Assembly: GCA_030835135.1 (NCBI GenBank)
Contig: JAUQWO010000079.1
Coordinates: 39,396-103,395 of the forward strand
Length of the DNA: 64,000 nucleotides
Direction of reading: 5' to 3'
DNA from: Bacteroidota bacterium
GTDB lineage: Bacteria > Bacteroidota > Ignavibacteria > UBA10030 > UBA6906
The translations under genes were made by a program, and so were the position numbers. Positions 9,555 through 19,026 of this stretch are shown here, one piece after another. Each line of letters starts with the position of its first letter. Position 1 is the stretch's first letter. The notes beneath the pieces were generated by a model, which ran no database searches, was not told the origin of the DNA, and saw only the letters and a list, made by a program, of their open reading frames with translations.

Positions 9555-10925
9555 ATGAGCCAGAAGAGTTATCTGACATTCATCTGTGCGGTCGCGATGG
9601 TCGGGGGGTTGATGTTCGGCTTCGATATCGCCATCATCTCCGGCGCGAATGCGTCGCTGCAATCGTACTTTCACCTCGATGAGCTGGAACTCGGCTGGGG
9701 CACGGGATCGCTGGTGCTGGGTGCGATGTTCGGCGCCCTGGGCTCGGGGGCGCTGGCAGACAGGTACGGCAGGAAAAGGGTCCTGAGCTCCGTGGCGCTG
9801 CTGTTCGCACTCTCGTGTCTGGGTAGTGCGCTGGCCCACACTTTTGTCGCCTTCGTGGTGAGCAGGATCGTCGGCGGACTCTCCGTCGGTGCGGCATCCG
9901 TGCTTGCGCCGATGTATGTCGCCGAGATCGCCCCGAAGAAGATCAGGGGCATGCTCGTCTCCATCTACCAGCTCACCATCGTCATCGGGATCCTGGTCTC
10001 GTATCTGATCAACTATGGACTGTACGGCATCGACAATGACTGGCGGTGGATGTTCGCAACAGGCGTTGCCCCTTCGGTGCTCTTCTTTCTCGGACTCTTC
10101 GCGATCCCCGAGAGCCCGCGCTGGCTGTATCTCAAGGGGCAGGTGGAGAGGTCCAGGACGATCATCGGGCGGATCGCCGGGCCCGCGGAAGCGGAACTGG
10201 AGATCGCGGAGATCGCCCGTACCCTGGAAGGCCAGAAGAGCACCTCGCAACTCCGCGACCTGTTCGCCCCGTCGGTACGCAACGCCAGCTTCGTGGGGTT
10301 CCTTGTCGCGGGACTGGTGCAGTTGAACGGGATGAATGCGGTCGTCAACTATGCGCCCAAGATCTTTCAGGGGGCCGGCTTCGAGATCCAGAATGCACTT
10401 CTCAACACCTCGTTCATCGGCCTCATCAACTTCATCTTCACCTTCGTCGCGATCGTGGTGATCGATAAGGTGGGACGGAAGACCCTCTACCTGACCGGAT
10501 CTCTCGGCATGTCCGTCTCACTGCTCTGCCTGGCAGCGACGTACTTCCTCCACCTGGAGGGAGCGCTGACGATGGTCTTTGTGCTGGCTTTTGTGGCGTT
10601 CTTTGCCGCATGCATCGGTCCGGTGTTCTGGACGCTCGTGGCGGAGATCTTTCCGAACCGGATCAGGGCGAAGGCGGTCGCCCTCGCCTCCGCCATCCAG
10701 TGGAGCGTGTATTTCCTCGTGGCGTTGCTCTTCCCGCGCTTTCTGGAAGTCGCTGGAGGAGGGGCAGCGTTTCTGTTCTTTGCGGGGATGACGACCGTGC
10801 AGTTCCTCCTGGTCAGGCACTATCTCCCGGAAACCCGCGGGAAGAGTCTCGAAGAGATCGAGATGCACTGGCACGGTACACCGGCCACAGGACATGAGCA
10901 TCAGGAGAGGGCACGGCGGCCATGA
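9555..10925 (+). CDS. Sugar porter family MFS transporter (XylE/GalP/AraE-like)
   Basis: GGLMFGFDIAIISGA, DRYGRK, PMYVAEIAP..RG, PESPRWL, DKVGRK, EIFPNRIR, PETRGKSLEEI; start placed at MSQK. Confidence 0.95.
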   Translation: MSQKSYLTFICAVAMVGGLMFGFDIAIISGANASLQSYFHLDELELGWGTGSLVLGAMFGALGSGALADRYGRKRVLSSVALLFALSCLGSALAHTFVAFVVSRIVGGLSVGAASVLAPMYVAEIAPKKIRGMLVSIYQLTIVIGILVSYLINYGLYGIDNDWRWMFATGVAPSVLFFLGLFAIPESPRWLYLKGQVERSRTIIGRIAGPAEAELEIAEIARTLEGQKSTSQLRDLFAPSVRNASFVGFLVAGLVQLNGMNAVVNYAPKIFQGAGFEIQNALLNTSFIGLINFIFTFVAIVVIDKVGRKTLYLTGSLGMSVSLLCLAATYFLHLEGALTMVFVLAFVAFFAACIGPVFWTLVAEIFPNRIRAKAVALASAIQWSVYFLVALLFPRFLEVAGGGAAFLFFAGMTTVQFLLVRHYLPETRGKSLEEIEMHWHGTPATGHEHQERARRP

Positions 10926-12097
10926 ACTCACGCGAACGGTTGTTACGGACGATCAACGGCGAGGTCACCGACCGGGTCCCGGTGACGCTGTTCATTCAGG
11001 ACCACGGACATTTCATCCATCAACTGCATCCCGGGATCGATCCTCTCGACTACGAGCAATTGACATGCCGGGCCATCGATTATCAGCGCAGCCTGGGATG
11101 CGATGTCTTCGCGCGCATGATCTTCGACCTCTACCATCCCTTGGGCATCTGTCTCGGGGGCGTGGACGATGGGCATGAGACCGCGACGTGGAAGGTCAAG
11201 ACCGCAGTGACCGAAGAGGGGAACAATCTGGTCCGGTCCTCCGTCATCACCACGCCGGATGGCGAGTTGTCGCAGGTGTTCGTGCGGACGGCCCTGAACA
11301 AGGGGACATACGTCTACTGTTGCACGAAGAAGCCGATCGCGACGGAAGGGGAACTCGACATTGCGATGACGTATGAGCCGAAGATGTCGGCGGCGTATGG
11401 AGACATGGTGCGGGGGAAGATCCGCCGGATCAAGGAGTATCTGGGCACCGACGGGATCCTGGGGACCTGGGTGTCAGGAGGCCCCTTCAACAACGCCTCC
11501 ATGATCATGGACCATACGCAGCTATACATGCTGTTCCTGACGGAGCCGGAATTCTTCGCAAAGCTCATGCAGTACACGACCGAACGCACCCTCGACTACA
11601 CCCGGGCTTTCATCGAAGCGGGTGCGGACGTCATGCTCGTTGGCGGAAATGTTCCGGGGGGCTTCCTGGGCGCCAGGACCTATGAGCAGCACATTCTCGT
11701 TCATGAGAAGCGGTATATCGACTTCATTCAGGCGCAGGGCTGTCCGGCCATCTACCACAACTGCGGTGAGATCATGTCACTCGTGGGATCGTACAAGAAA
11801 CTCGGCGCCCGGGTGGTTGAGCCGTTCTCGCCGGTCCCGCTGGGCGACGCCGATCTGGAGAAGGCGGTGGCGATCGTGCAGGGAGACTACGTGATGATCG
11901 GTGGTGTGGACCAGGTCAATGTTCTGCAGAAGGGGACGGTGGAACAGGTCCGCGAGGCGACCATCAGTACCATGAAAGCCGGAAAGCGGAATGGTCCGTT
12001 CATCATCCAGAGCGCGGACTTTCTGGAGTACAACACCCCGATCGAGAACGTGGAAGCGTTCGTTGCGACGGCGCTGGCCCATGCCTCCTATCCGTAG
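10922..12097 (+). CDS. URO-D/MtaA-CmuA superfamily protein
   Basis: MNSRERLLRTINGEVTDRVPV, FIEAGAD, YHNCG, IGGVDQ, FIIQSADF, TPIENV; ATGA overlap with the transporter stop. Confidence 0.85.
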   Translation: MNSRERLLRTINGEVTDRVPVTLFIQDHGHFIHQLHPGIDPLDYEQLTCRAIDYQRSLGCDVFARMIFDLYHPLGICLGGVDDGHETATWKVKTAVTEEGNNLVRSSVITTPDGELSQVFVRTALNKGTYVYCCTKKPIATEGELDIAMTYEPKMSAAYGDMVRGKIRRIKEYLGTDGILGTWVSGGPFNNASMIMDHTQLYMLFLTEPEFFAKLMQYTTERTLDYTRAFIEAGADVMLVGGNVPGGFLGARTYEQHILVHEKRYIDFIQAQGCPAIYHNCGEIMSLVGSYKKLGARVVEPFSPVPLGDADLEKAVAIVQGDYVMIGGVDQVNVLQKGTVEQVREATISTMKAGKRNGPFIIQSADFLEYNTPIENVEAFVATALAHASYP

Positions 12098-12120
12098 AGG
12101 CATGGGAGTGGTCTCCTGTG

Positions 12121-13572
12121 CTACTGCTCCACCGCCGAAACCTTGATGGTCCATGCATGCTTGCACGGAGGTGCCTGCCGGAGTGAGCCCGGGATCGAAA
12201 CGATCATACGGTCCCCGTCCTGCTTCCACGTCAGCCTGGCCTTCGCGCCGAGGAGGGAGACGCTGGCGCCCCTGGCGGCCTTGACACCCACGAGCACGAC
12301 CGACTCCGGCATCGACGTTTCCTTCTCGTCCGCGAGGTAGATGGCGCACAGCGCGCCGCTCTTCTGACGCGTGAAGCGGATCTTCTCGTTCTTGTACGGT
12401 GCCACCGGACGCGTGCCATAGATCGCTTCGCCGTTCACCTTCATCCACGCCCCGATCTCCTTCAGCCGGTCGTACGCCACCGGTTCCAGTTCACCCTGCG
12501 GGTTCGGGCCGATGTCGAGCAGCAGGCTGCCGCCATTGGACACCACATCGGCCAGCATATGCACCACCTTCCACGTCGGCTTATAGACGTCGTTCGGCAC
12601 GTACCCCCAGTTGTTGGCCAGTGTCACGCACGCCTCCCACGGTACCGGCAGGGGCTTCTCGATGACCTTCTGCTCGGGGGTGAGGTAATTCTCGAATCGT
12701 GAGGGGACCCAGCGGTCGACCACCAGCAGGCCTGGCTGATGGCTCCGCGCCATCGCCGCGATCCGCGGCATGTTGATGTCCTGGTCGACCTTCCGCATCT
12801 CGATCGTGTTGAAGAATGGGGAGTACTGCGCGAGTGGCGCGACCCACGCTCCGTCGAGCCAGAGTATGTCCATCTTCCCATACCCGGTCATGAGCTCTTC
12901 GATCTGGGTGTACGTGTGCTCCTGAAACTTCTTCCACTTGTCCGGATACTTTTTGGGATCGTAATTGACATTCCGGTCGAGCGGCGGCCAGTAGGGGTCC
13001 CAATACGAGGGGCAGTGCCAGTCGGGTTTCGAGAAGTACGCCCCGATCCAGAAACCTTCATTCCGGAACGCGCCGAAGACCTCGTTCGCGATATTCGACC
13101 GGGGGTGCGTGCTGAACGGGCTGCGCGGTGACGTGATCCTGTAGTCGGTCGTTTTCGTGTCGAACATGCAGAACCCGTCGTGGTGCTTCGTGGTGAAGAC
13201 GACGTACTTCATGCCGGCGGCCTTCGCCGCGGCTGCCCACTTCTCGGGTGCGAATCCGGTCGGATTGAATTGCGTGATGACGTTCTCGTAGTTCGTCTTG
13301 TACGTGAAGTAGTTCTCGGCGCCCATACCTTCACGCGTGATCCAGTCCTCCGGGCAGAGCGACCAGCTTTCAATGATCCCCAGCTGACTGTACAGGCCCC
13401 AGTGCATGAAGAAACCGAACTTGAGATCGCGCCACTGCTCCAGTTTGGCGGCGACCGCCGGGTCGGTTTCCCAGACGTAGGTTTCGGCAGATTCCTGAGC
13501 CATGGCCGGGATCAGGGTTGAGGCGAAGCACAGGACTGCGAAAAGGACGAGCGCGGATCGAAGGGCATGCAT
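12121..13572 (-). CDS. Alpha-L-fucosidase (GH29)
   Basis: KFGFFMHWGLYS, AGMKYVVFTTKHHDGF, LWLDG nucleophile, NGEAIYGTRP; signal peptide; GGGAG RBS before the ATG at 13572. Confidence 0.93.
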   Translation of the reverse strand: MHALRSALVLFAVLCFASTLIPAMAQESAETYVWETDPAVAAKLEQWRDLKFGFFMHWGLYSQLGIIESWSLCPEDWITREGMGAENYFTYKTNYENVITQFNPTGFAPEKWAAAAKAAGMKYVVFTTKHHDGFCMFDTKTTDYRITSPRSPFSTHPRSNIANEVFGAFRNEGFWIGAYFSKPDWHCPSYWDPYWPPLDRNVNYDPKKYPDKWKKFQEHTYTQIEELMTGYGKMDILWLDGAWVAPLAQYSPFFNTIEMRKVDQDINMPRIAAMARSHQPGLLVVDRWVPSRFENYLTPEQKVIEKPLPVPWEACVTLANNWGYVPNDVYKPTWKVVHMLADVVSNGGSLLLDIGPNPQGELEPVAYDRLKEIGAWMKVNGEAIYGTRPVAPYKNEKIRFTRQKSGALCAIYLADEKETSMPESVVLVGVKAARGASVSLLGAKARLTWKQDGDRMIVSIPGSLRQAPPCKHAWTIKVSAVEQ

Positions 13573-13732
13573 CGACATCTCCCACTGGCAATGATCATGG
13601 ACGAAGAGGAAAACAATGCTCCTGTGAATGTACGGCAGAGATCCCCGGAAATCAAACGGTCGACGACCGGATGGACCCTCCGTGAGGCAGCGGGATGGCA
13701 CGCGCGCTGGCTATTCAAGGGCGGACCGGCGA

Positions 13733-15220
13733 TCACTGAAGTCCCTCGAGTATGGCTCCGGCCTTTTCGTAGACCTTCCCCGCCTGTTCAGCACACCACC
13801 GTGTCATGAGATCCGCGGGCATCCGACCAAGCGTGCCGGACTTCGCACGCAGGCTGTTCTCAAACTCCCGCTGGATCCTGAACTGCTCCGACTCGAACGC
13901 ACGCCAGGCCATGCGGGTCAGGGGGTAGTTGCGGACAAAATCCTGCCGGACGCGGTCGTTGAGTTGGACGTATCTCCGGAATGCTTCGGGTATTCCGGTC
14001 TTCTGAAGGTCGAATGCCGGATCGAGATGCCAGGCCAGACCGGCGCTATCGTCGCCACTGCGGAGGTTCCCCGGTGTGCTCGTCACGGCAGGATACCATG
14101 GACTGAATCCCTGGGCATCCGGAACGTGACAGGCGAGCCATACGAGCGGAGCGATCGCGTCCGGCATATCCCGGCGGAGTTGAGCGATGAAGCAGTAGCG
14201 TGTGCCATCCGCACAGATCGTTGGATCGTTCAAGGCATGAGGATCTCCAATGGTCCCATCCACGGCTGTATCGCGGGTGCTCCCTTCAAAGTGATCCCGC
14301 ATCACCGCCATGACGTCCTGAAGGGTCAGCTTATGCGTTGGCGTGACCGCGAAGGGGAGTTGCGAGTGCGGGTCGAGGTCCGATCCCGCTACGCGCCGGA
14401 TCGCGCTCCAGTGTCTGTAGATATTGCCCGGATGGTTCAGGGAATTCGGTTTGGCATATGCCTTCGCGAAGTTGAACGCGCCGTCCCTTGCTGGATCGTA
14501 CCAGCCGCGTTTCACTGCATACTCGACGATGTCCGCGGATGCCATGAAGTTCGCCGTATCCTTCAGGTCGACGCCCTGGATCGTGAAATAGTTCGGGATC
14601 AACACGACCTTGTCGTCCGGGACCCGCTGGGCCACCCAGTGCTTTCCGTTGACCACCGCCAGGATCCAGGCCTCGTTCCTGTCGGCGATGACATAGCTTC
14701 TGCCGGACGACGCGTATCCGAAGCGATCGATGAGTCCGGTCGCGATGCGGACACCTTCGCGGGCCGTGGTTGCCCGCTCGGCGACGATCCGCCGTAGCCA
14801 GAAGACGATCCCGCCTTCGGTGAGATCGGGCGTGTCTTCACGGGACGGGCAGCCATCGGAGCTGATGGCGACGCCTTCCTCATTTATATAGCTGTCGCAC
14901 ACGTCCCACCCCGGCACATTGAGCCAAAGCGATCCGATGGTTGAACCAGCGTGCGGGACCTTGCCGCCCTTGCGCAGCGTGATCTGCTCACCCGGAGCAT
15001 GCGTGCGTGACGGGACCTTATAGAGGTTTACCGCCGGTGCGAGAACATCCTCGTTGTGCGCGGTCAAGACTGAGCCATCCGCTGTAGCGTCTTTCCCCGC
15101 CACGAGGGCGAAACAATCGAACGCGGGTTCCCGTTCGACCTGGCCCCATGCGGTCGGGGAGGGCGATGCGAGGACCATCAGGGCCAGAAGGGCAGGGTAC
15201 AGGTGCCGGTATGCAGGCAT
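13733..15220 (-). CDS. Peptidase C69 family dipeptidase (Ntn hydrolase), secreted
   Basis: Signal peptide then CFALVAGKDATADGSVLTAHNED; INEEGVAI; ERATTAREGV; IADRNEAW; RDHFEG; AGGAG RBS. Confidence 0.88.
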   Translation of the reverse strand: MPAYRHLYPALLALMVLASPSPTAWGQVEREPAFDCFALVAGKDATADGSVLTAHNEDVLAPAVNLYKVPSRTHAPGEQITLRKGGKVPHAGSTIGSLWLNVPGWDVCDSYINEEGVAISSDGCPSREDTPDLTEGGIVFWLRRIVAERATTAREGVRIATGLIDRFGYASSGRSYVIADRNEAWILAVVNGKHWVAQRVPDDKVVLIPNYFTIQGVDLKDTANFMASADIVEYAVKRGWYDPARDGAFNFAKAYAKPNSLNHPGNIYRHWSAIRRVAGSDLDPHSQLPFAVTPTHKLTLQDVMAVMRDHFEGSTRDTAVDGTIGDPHALNDPTICADGTRYCFIAQLRRDMPDAIAPLVWLACHVPDAQGFSPWYPAVTSTPGNLRSGDDSAGLAWHLDPAFDLQKTGIPEAFRRYVQLNDRVRQDFVRNYPLTRMAWRAFESEQFRIQREFENSLRAKSGTLGRMPADLMTRWCAEQAGKVYEKAGAILEGLQ

Positions 15221-15322
15221 GCGATTCGTCGCTCCTATGATACGAGGTGTAATATCGGATTCATGCGGCAGTTGTGCAAGGGGGTCGGCACCTGTGCATC
15301 CGGCGTCACACTCTTCCGGCAC

Positions 15323-15374
15323 ATCAAGAATTCTCCATGTGATTCTTGATTGATGTGTGCACCGATAGTATATT
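15323..15374 (+). promoter_or_regulatory. rhaT promoter with an inverted repeat overlapping -35
   Basis: ATCAAGAAT-N10-ATTCTTGAT (15323-15350); TTGATT(15346)-17 nt-TATATT(15369). Confidence 0.55.
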
Positions 15375-15458
15375 GCTATCCATACACTGCGTCTGCTTGT
15401 GCTCACCGGTTGAACGCATCCACAGGTGTCCCATTCCATTGCCGAAGGCAGCGACCGT

Positions 15459-16544
15459 ATGATCTCCAACCCCCTACTTGGCGTGTTCTTTCACTGGCTT
15501 GGTGGCCTTGCCGCAGGCAGCTTCTATGTTCCGTACCGGGCGGTGAGGCAGTGGTCATGGGAGGTGTACTGGCTCGTGGGTGGCGTGTTCAGCTGGATCG
15601 TTGCGCCCTGGCTCCTCGCCGCGATCAATACGAACGGCCTTCTCGCAACGCTCGGTGAAGCCCCGCGGGATAGTCTCCTCTGGGCGTATTTCTGGGGGAC
15701 CATGTGGGGTGTTGGCGGACTCACCTTCGGCCTGTCGATGCGCTATCTCGGGCTGTCACTCGGGATGGGGGTCGCCCTCGGCTACTGCGCGGCATTCGGC
15801 ACCCTCATGCCGCCGATCTTTCATGGGGAGTTCGTCAGCAAGGTCCTCGGGACCACCTCCGGTGTGATCGTCGTTCTCGGCGTCGGGGTCTGTCTCGCAG
15901 GTATCGCGATCGCCGGACTTGCGGGACGCTCCAAAGAGAAGGAGATGACGGATGAGCAGAAGGCCGCGACGATCAAGGAATTCAATTTCACCAAGGGTAT
16001 ACTGGTCGCGACCTTCTCCGGTATCATGAGTGCCTCGTTCGCCTACGGACTCGATGCCGCTGCCCCGATCGCGGAGATCTCCGCGCGGCACGGCACCACG
16101 CTGCTCTGGACCGGCCTGCCGAAGCTCTGCGTCGTCCTCCTGGGAGGATTCACGACGAACTTCATCTGGTGCGTCATTCTGAATATCAAGAATAGAACGG
16201 GCTATCAGTACTTCAGCCGTACCGTGCGCACGGCCGACGGCACGCCGGATCCCGTCCCGGTACCGATGCTGCGCAACTATCTGTTCAGTGCGCTCGCCGG
16301 CGTGGTGTGGTACCTGCAGTTCTTCTTCTACTCGATGGGCGAAACGCAGATGGGGACGTACAAGTTCTCGAGCTGGACGATCCACATGGCCAGCATCATC
16401 ATCTTCAGCACGCTCTGGGGTATCGCCCTGAAAGAGTGGGCGGGGAGCAGCCGATCGACCAAACGGACGCTGTTCATCGGACTGGCGACACTCATTCTCT
16501 CCACGATCGTGGTGGGGTATGGCAACTATCTCGGTGCCGGGTAA
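15459..16544 (+). CDS. rhaT: L-rhamnose/proton symporter RhaT
   Basis: GSFYVPY..V..WSWEVYWLVGGVFSW, WGVGGLTFGLSMRYLGLSLG, GGFTTNFIWC, WYLQFFFY, SSWTIHM, LKEW. Confidence 0.92.
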   Translation: MISNPLLGVFFHWLGGLAAGSFYVPYRAVRQWSWEVYWLVGGVFSWIVAPWLLAAINTNGLLATLGEAPRDSLLWAYFWGTMWGVGGLTFGLSMRYLGLSLGMGVALGYCAAFGTLMPPIFHGEFVSKVLGTTSGVIVVLGVGVCLAGIAIAGLAGRSKEKEMTDEQKAATIKEFNFTKGILVATFSGIMSASFAYGLDAAAPIAEISARHGTTLLWTGLPKLCVVLLGGFTTNFIWCVILNIKNRTGYQYFSRTVRTADGTPDPVPVPMLRNYLFSALAGVVWYLQFFFYSMGETQMGTYKFSSWTIHMASIIIFSTLWGIALKEWAGSSRSTKRTLFIGLATLILSTIVVGYGNYLGAG

Positions 16545-16639
16545 CAATGCAGTCCTGATGCCTGTGGACACCCTTGGCGTGGCAGGCATCCATCAGCGGG
16601 GGCCACACGTTTTCGTCACCGTTCACTGAAAGGCAATCC

Positions 16640-17341
16640 ATGAAGTCTCACACTCAGATCGTCCAACTCGTGAGTACTATTGCACTGTTGTTCGCCGGAT
16701 GCGCCGCGGGAAAGGTGGCTGACGCCGACCGCCCGGCACGCATCGTGTTCTTCGGAGATTCGATCACGGAACAGGGCGCCGCGCCCGGAGGATACGTCAC
16801 CCTCATCAGGGAGGCGATGCAGCGCCGGGGGAGCGCCGCCGAGATCATCGGGGCCGGCATCAGCGGCAACAAGGTCGAAGATCTGCAGGCCAGGATCGAC
16901 ACGGACGTGCTCGCGAAGAAGCCCACCATCGTGGTCGTGTACATCGGGATCAACGATGTCTGGCACTGGACCATCGGGATCCCGGGCGCGAAGGGGTCGA
17001 CGAAGGATCAATTCGAGTCCGGCCTCCGGGCCGTGATCCGGAAGGTCCAGGCCGCGGGCGCAACCGTGGTCCTGTGCACCCCGAGCGTGATCGGCGAGAA
17101 GAAGGCCGGGGCGAATCCCGAGGACGCCATGCTCGAGGAATACAGCGCCATCTCCCGCCGCGTGGCGGGAGAAACCGGATCCACGCTCTGTGATCTGCGG
17201 AGGGCGTTCGTGGACCACATCGCGAAGAACAATCCTGCTGACGCGGACAGTGGCATCCTCACCACGGACCGCGTGCACCTGAATCCGGCGGGGGATGCCT
17301 TCGTCGCAGCGGAGATCCTGCGCGTTCTGGATGCGCGCTGA
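16640..17341 (+). CDS. SGNH/GDSL hydrolase lipoprotein (probable carbohydrate esterase)
   Basis: Lipobox LFAGC; FFGDSIT, GISGN, IGIND, DRVH. Confidence 0.88.
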   Translation: MKSHTQIVQLVSTIALLFAGCAAGKVADADRPARIVFFGDSITEQGAAPGGYVTLIREAMQRRGSAAEIIGAGISGNKVEDLQARIDTDVLAKKPTIVVVYIGINDVWHWTIGIPGAKGSTKDQFESGLRAVIRKVQAAGATVVLCTPSVIGEKKAGANPEDAMLEEYSAISRRVAGETGSTLCDLRRAFVDHIAKNNPADADSGILTTDRVHLNPAGDAFVAAEILRVLDAR

Positions 17342-17516
17342 TCTCAGGGTAGCCACACCCGGCAACGGGGAATCCGCCTCTGCGCCCGGTCGGGTCTGAA
17401 GGAGGGGACCCCATACGGGCGCGCTGTGCGCTGACGAATTCCGGCCCCGGTGCTGACCCCTTTGTCTCCTCCGGTGCATCCCATGGTGTGGAACTTCTCA
17501 CATCATAAGGTGAACC

Positions 17517-18074
17517 ATGTCGCGACGTCCCCCCGTGAAACGAACCTTCCCCGTCTATCTGTGGATCGCCATTGCCATGGTGGCAGTGGCAGCGGGATAC
17601 TATGTGCTTCAGCATGACGGGGCCGTGGAAGCCGCCGCACCCGCACCGGCGCTCCCACCCTCGGCGGCGTCAGGAGCCGCACCGGCGTTCACGCTCCCGG
17701 ATATATCGGGCAAGAGTGTGTCGCTCGCAGATTTCAAGGGCAAGGTGGTGGTGCTCGATTTCTGGGCGACCTGGTGTCCGCCCTGCCGGAAAGAGATCCC
17801 GGATTTCATCAGCATCCAGAACGAATACGGCAGCAAGGGAGTACAGGTCGTCGGCATCGCCCTCGATGAACTTCCCAAAGTGCGTGCCTTCGTGCAGGCC
17901 AACGGGATGAACTATCCCGTGCTCATGGGTACCGACGCCATCACCGCGCTGTACGGCGGCATCGAGGGCATCCCCACGACGTTCATCATCGACAGGAATG
18001 GCAAGATCGTGGAGCGGTTCGAGGGATTCCGTCCGCGCGCGACGTTCGTTGCGGCGATCAGCCGGCTCCTCTGA
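17517..18074 (+). CDS. TlpA/ResA-family thiol-disulfide oxidoreductase
   Basis: N-terminal TM anchor; LDFWATWCPPCRKEIP; GIPTTFIIDRNG. Confidence 0.92.
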   Translation: MSRRPPVKRTFPVYLWIAIAMVAVAAGYYVLQHDGAVEAAAPAPALPPSAASGAAPAFTLPDISGKSVSLADFKGKVVVLDFWATWCPPCRKEIPDFISIQNEYGSKGVQVVGIALDELPKVRAFVQANGMNYPVLMGTDAITALYGGIEGIPTTFIIDRNGKIVERFEGFRPRATFVAAISRLL

Positions 18075-18108
18075 CGTGGATCCGGTGCGTTCGTGATGGC
18101 TGAACACA

Positions 18109-18136
18109 GAAACGCCCGGGGTGACCCGGGCGTTTC
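18109..18136. terminator. Hairpin between convergent genes, likely bidirectional terminator
   Basis: Perfect 12-bp stem GAAACGCCCGGG-GTGA-CCCGGGCGTTTC. Confidence 0.7.
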
Positions 18137-18162
18137 CCTTGTGAGGCTGTTCGGACGAACGG

Positions 18163-18951
18163 CTACACCACGTGTTTCCACCAGTAGTAGTACTCGTTGT
18201 TCAACTGGTCCTGCGAGGGCATGGGATAGAAGACCATCTCGCCCTTTGTGGCGAACCAGAACCCATGACGCACCAGGGCGAAGGAGGTCTCCCCGAAGGC
18301 GGAATTCAGACTGACGGTCTTCGTCTGCTTCTCGGGATGGCCCCGCAACTCCATGATGTATTCGTACAACCGACGCGGATTGGTGTCCGGGAACGGCGAA
18401 TGCATCATCTCCCGGTTCACATTCTGCTTGAGGAATTCCTCGACGTTGAACTCGTACTGCGTGAAGCAGAAGGACGGGGCGCCCTTGGACTCGGACTGTG
18501 TCAGATACTTGGCGAAGGAGCGCTGATCGAGGGTGGAAGCGACCATGGCGGTGAGCGGGGTGATGCCCTGGTACACACGTACGAGGCCGGGTTCGTTCAC
18601 CGCGGTATACGGTTGCTGTTTCAGCGGCAGACACTTGCCGTTCGGCAACACCAGATACAGGTCCTTCAGGGCCTTGAAGTCGCAATGCTCGATGACGCCG
18701 TACGACTTGACGAACTTCGTCCGCTTCGGCGTGCCGTCCTCGTGGGGGACCGTCAGGCCGAGGTAGTGGTCGATCTTGAAGTACGGATCACGGTAGGTGA
18801 TGTCGATCTCCGCGAAGATCACCTTGCCCCGGAAATGTTTCGAGCTGCCGATGGTGTAGTGTTCCGCGAACTGGTCCGGGGCGAGCTGCGATGCCACGAG
18901 CGCATTGATCGGAAAGACCACCATGTACAGATGCTTGTTGTACTCGGCCAT
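18163..18951 (-). CDS. Hypothetical soluble protein, paralog of 21586..22356 (hppA-associated)
   Basis: 262 aa with a GAGGTG RBS; shares ALVAS, PHEDG.PKR.K, LYLV, TKTVS and EY..WW with the paralog. Confidence 0.85.
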   Translation of the reverse strand: MAEYNKHLYMVVFPINALVASQLAPDQFAEHYTIGSSKHFRGKVIFAEIDITYRDPYFKIDHYLGLTVPHEDGTPKRTKFVKSYGVIEHCDFKALKDLYLVLPNGKCLPLKQQPYTAVNEPGLVRVYQGITPLTAMVASTLDQRSFAKYLTQSESKGAPSFCFTQYEFNVEEFLKQNVNREMMHSPFPDTNPRRLYEYIMELRGHPEKQTKTVSLNSAFGETSFALVRHGFWFATKGEMVFYPMPSQDQLNNEYYYWWKHVV

Positions 18952-18979
18952 ACCGTCACCTCAGGATGAACAGGAGAGT

Positions 18980-19006
18980 GAACGGGGCGCGCGGTGCGCC
19001 CCGTTC
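18980..19006. other. Intra-operon stem-loop between hppA and the downstream paralog
   Basis: 11-bp stem GAACGGGGCGC-GCGGT-GCGCCCCGTTC; no U-tract on the coding strand. Confidence 0.55.
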
Positions 19007-19026
19007 GTTGTTTGTTCCGTGCGGGG

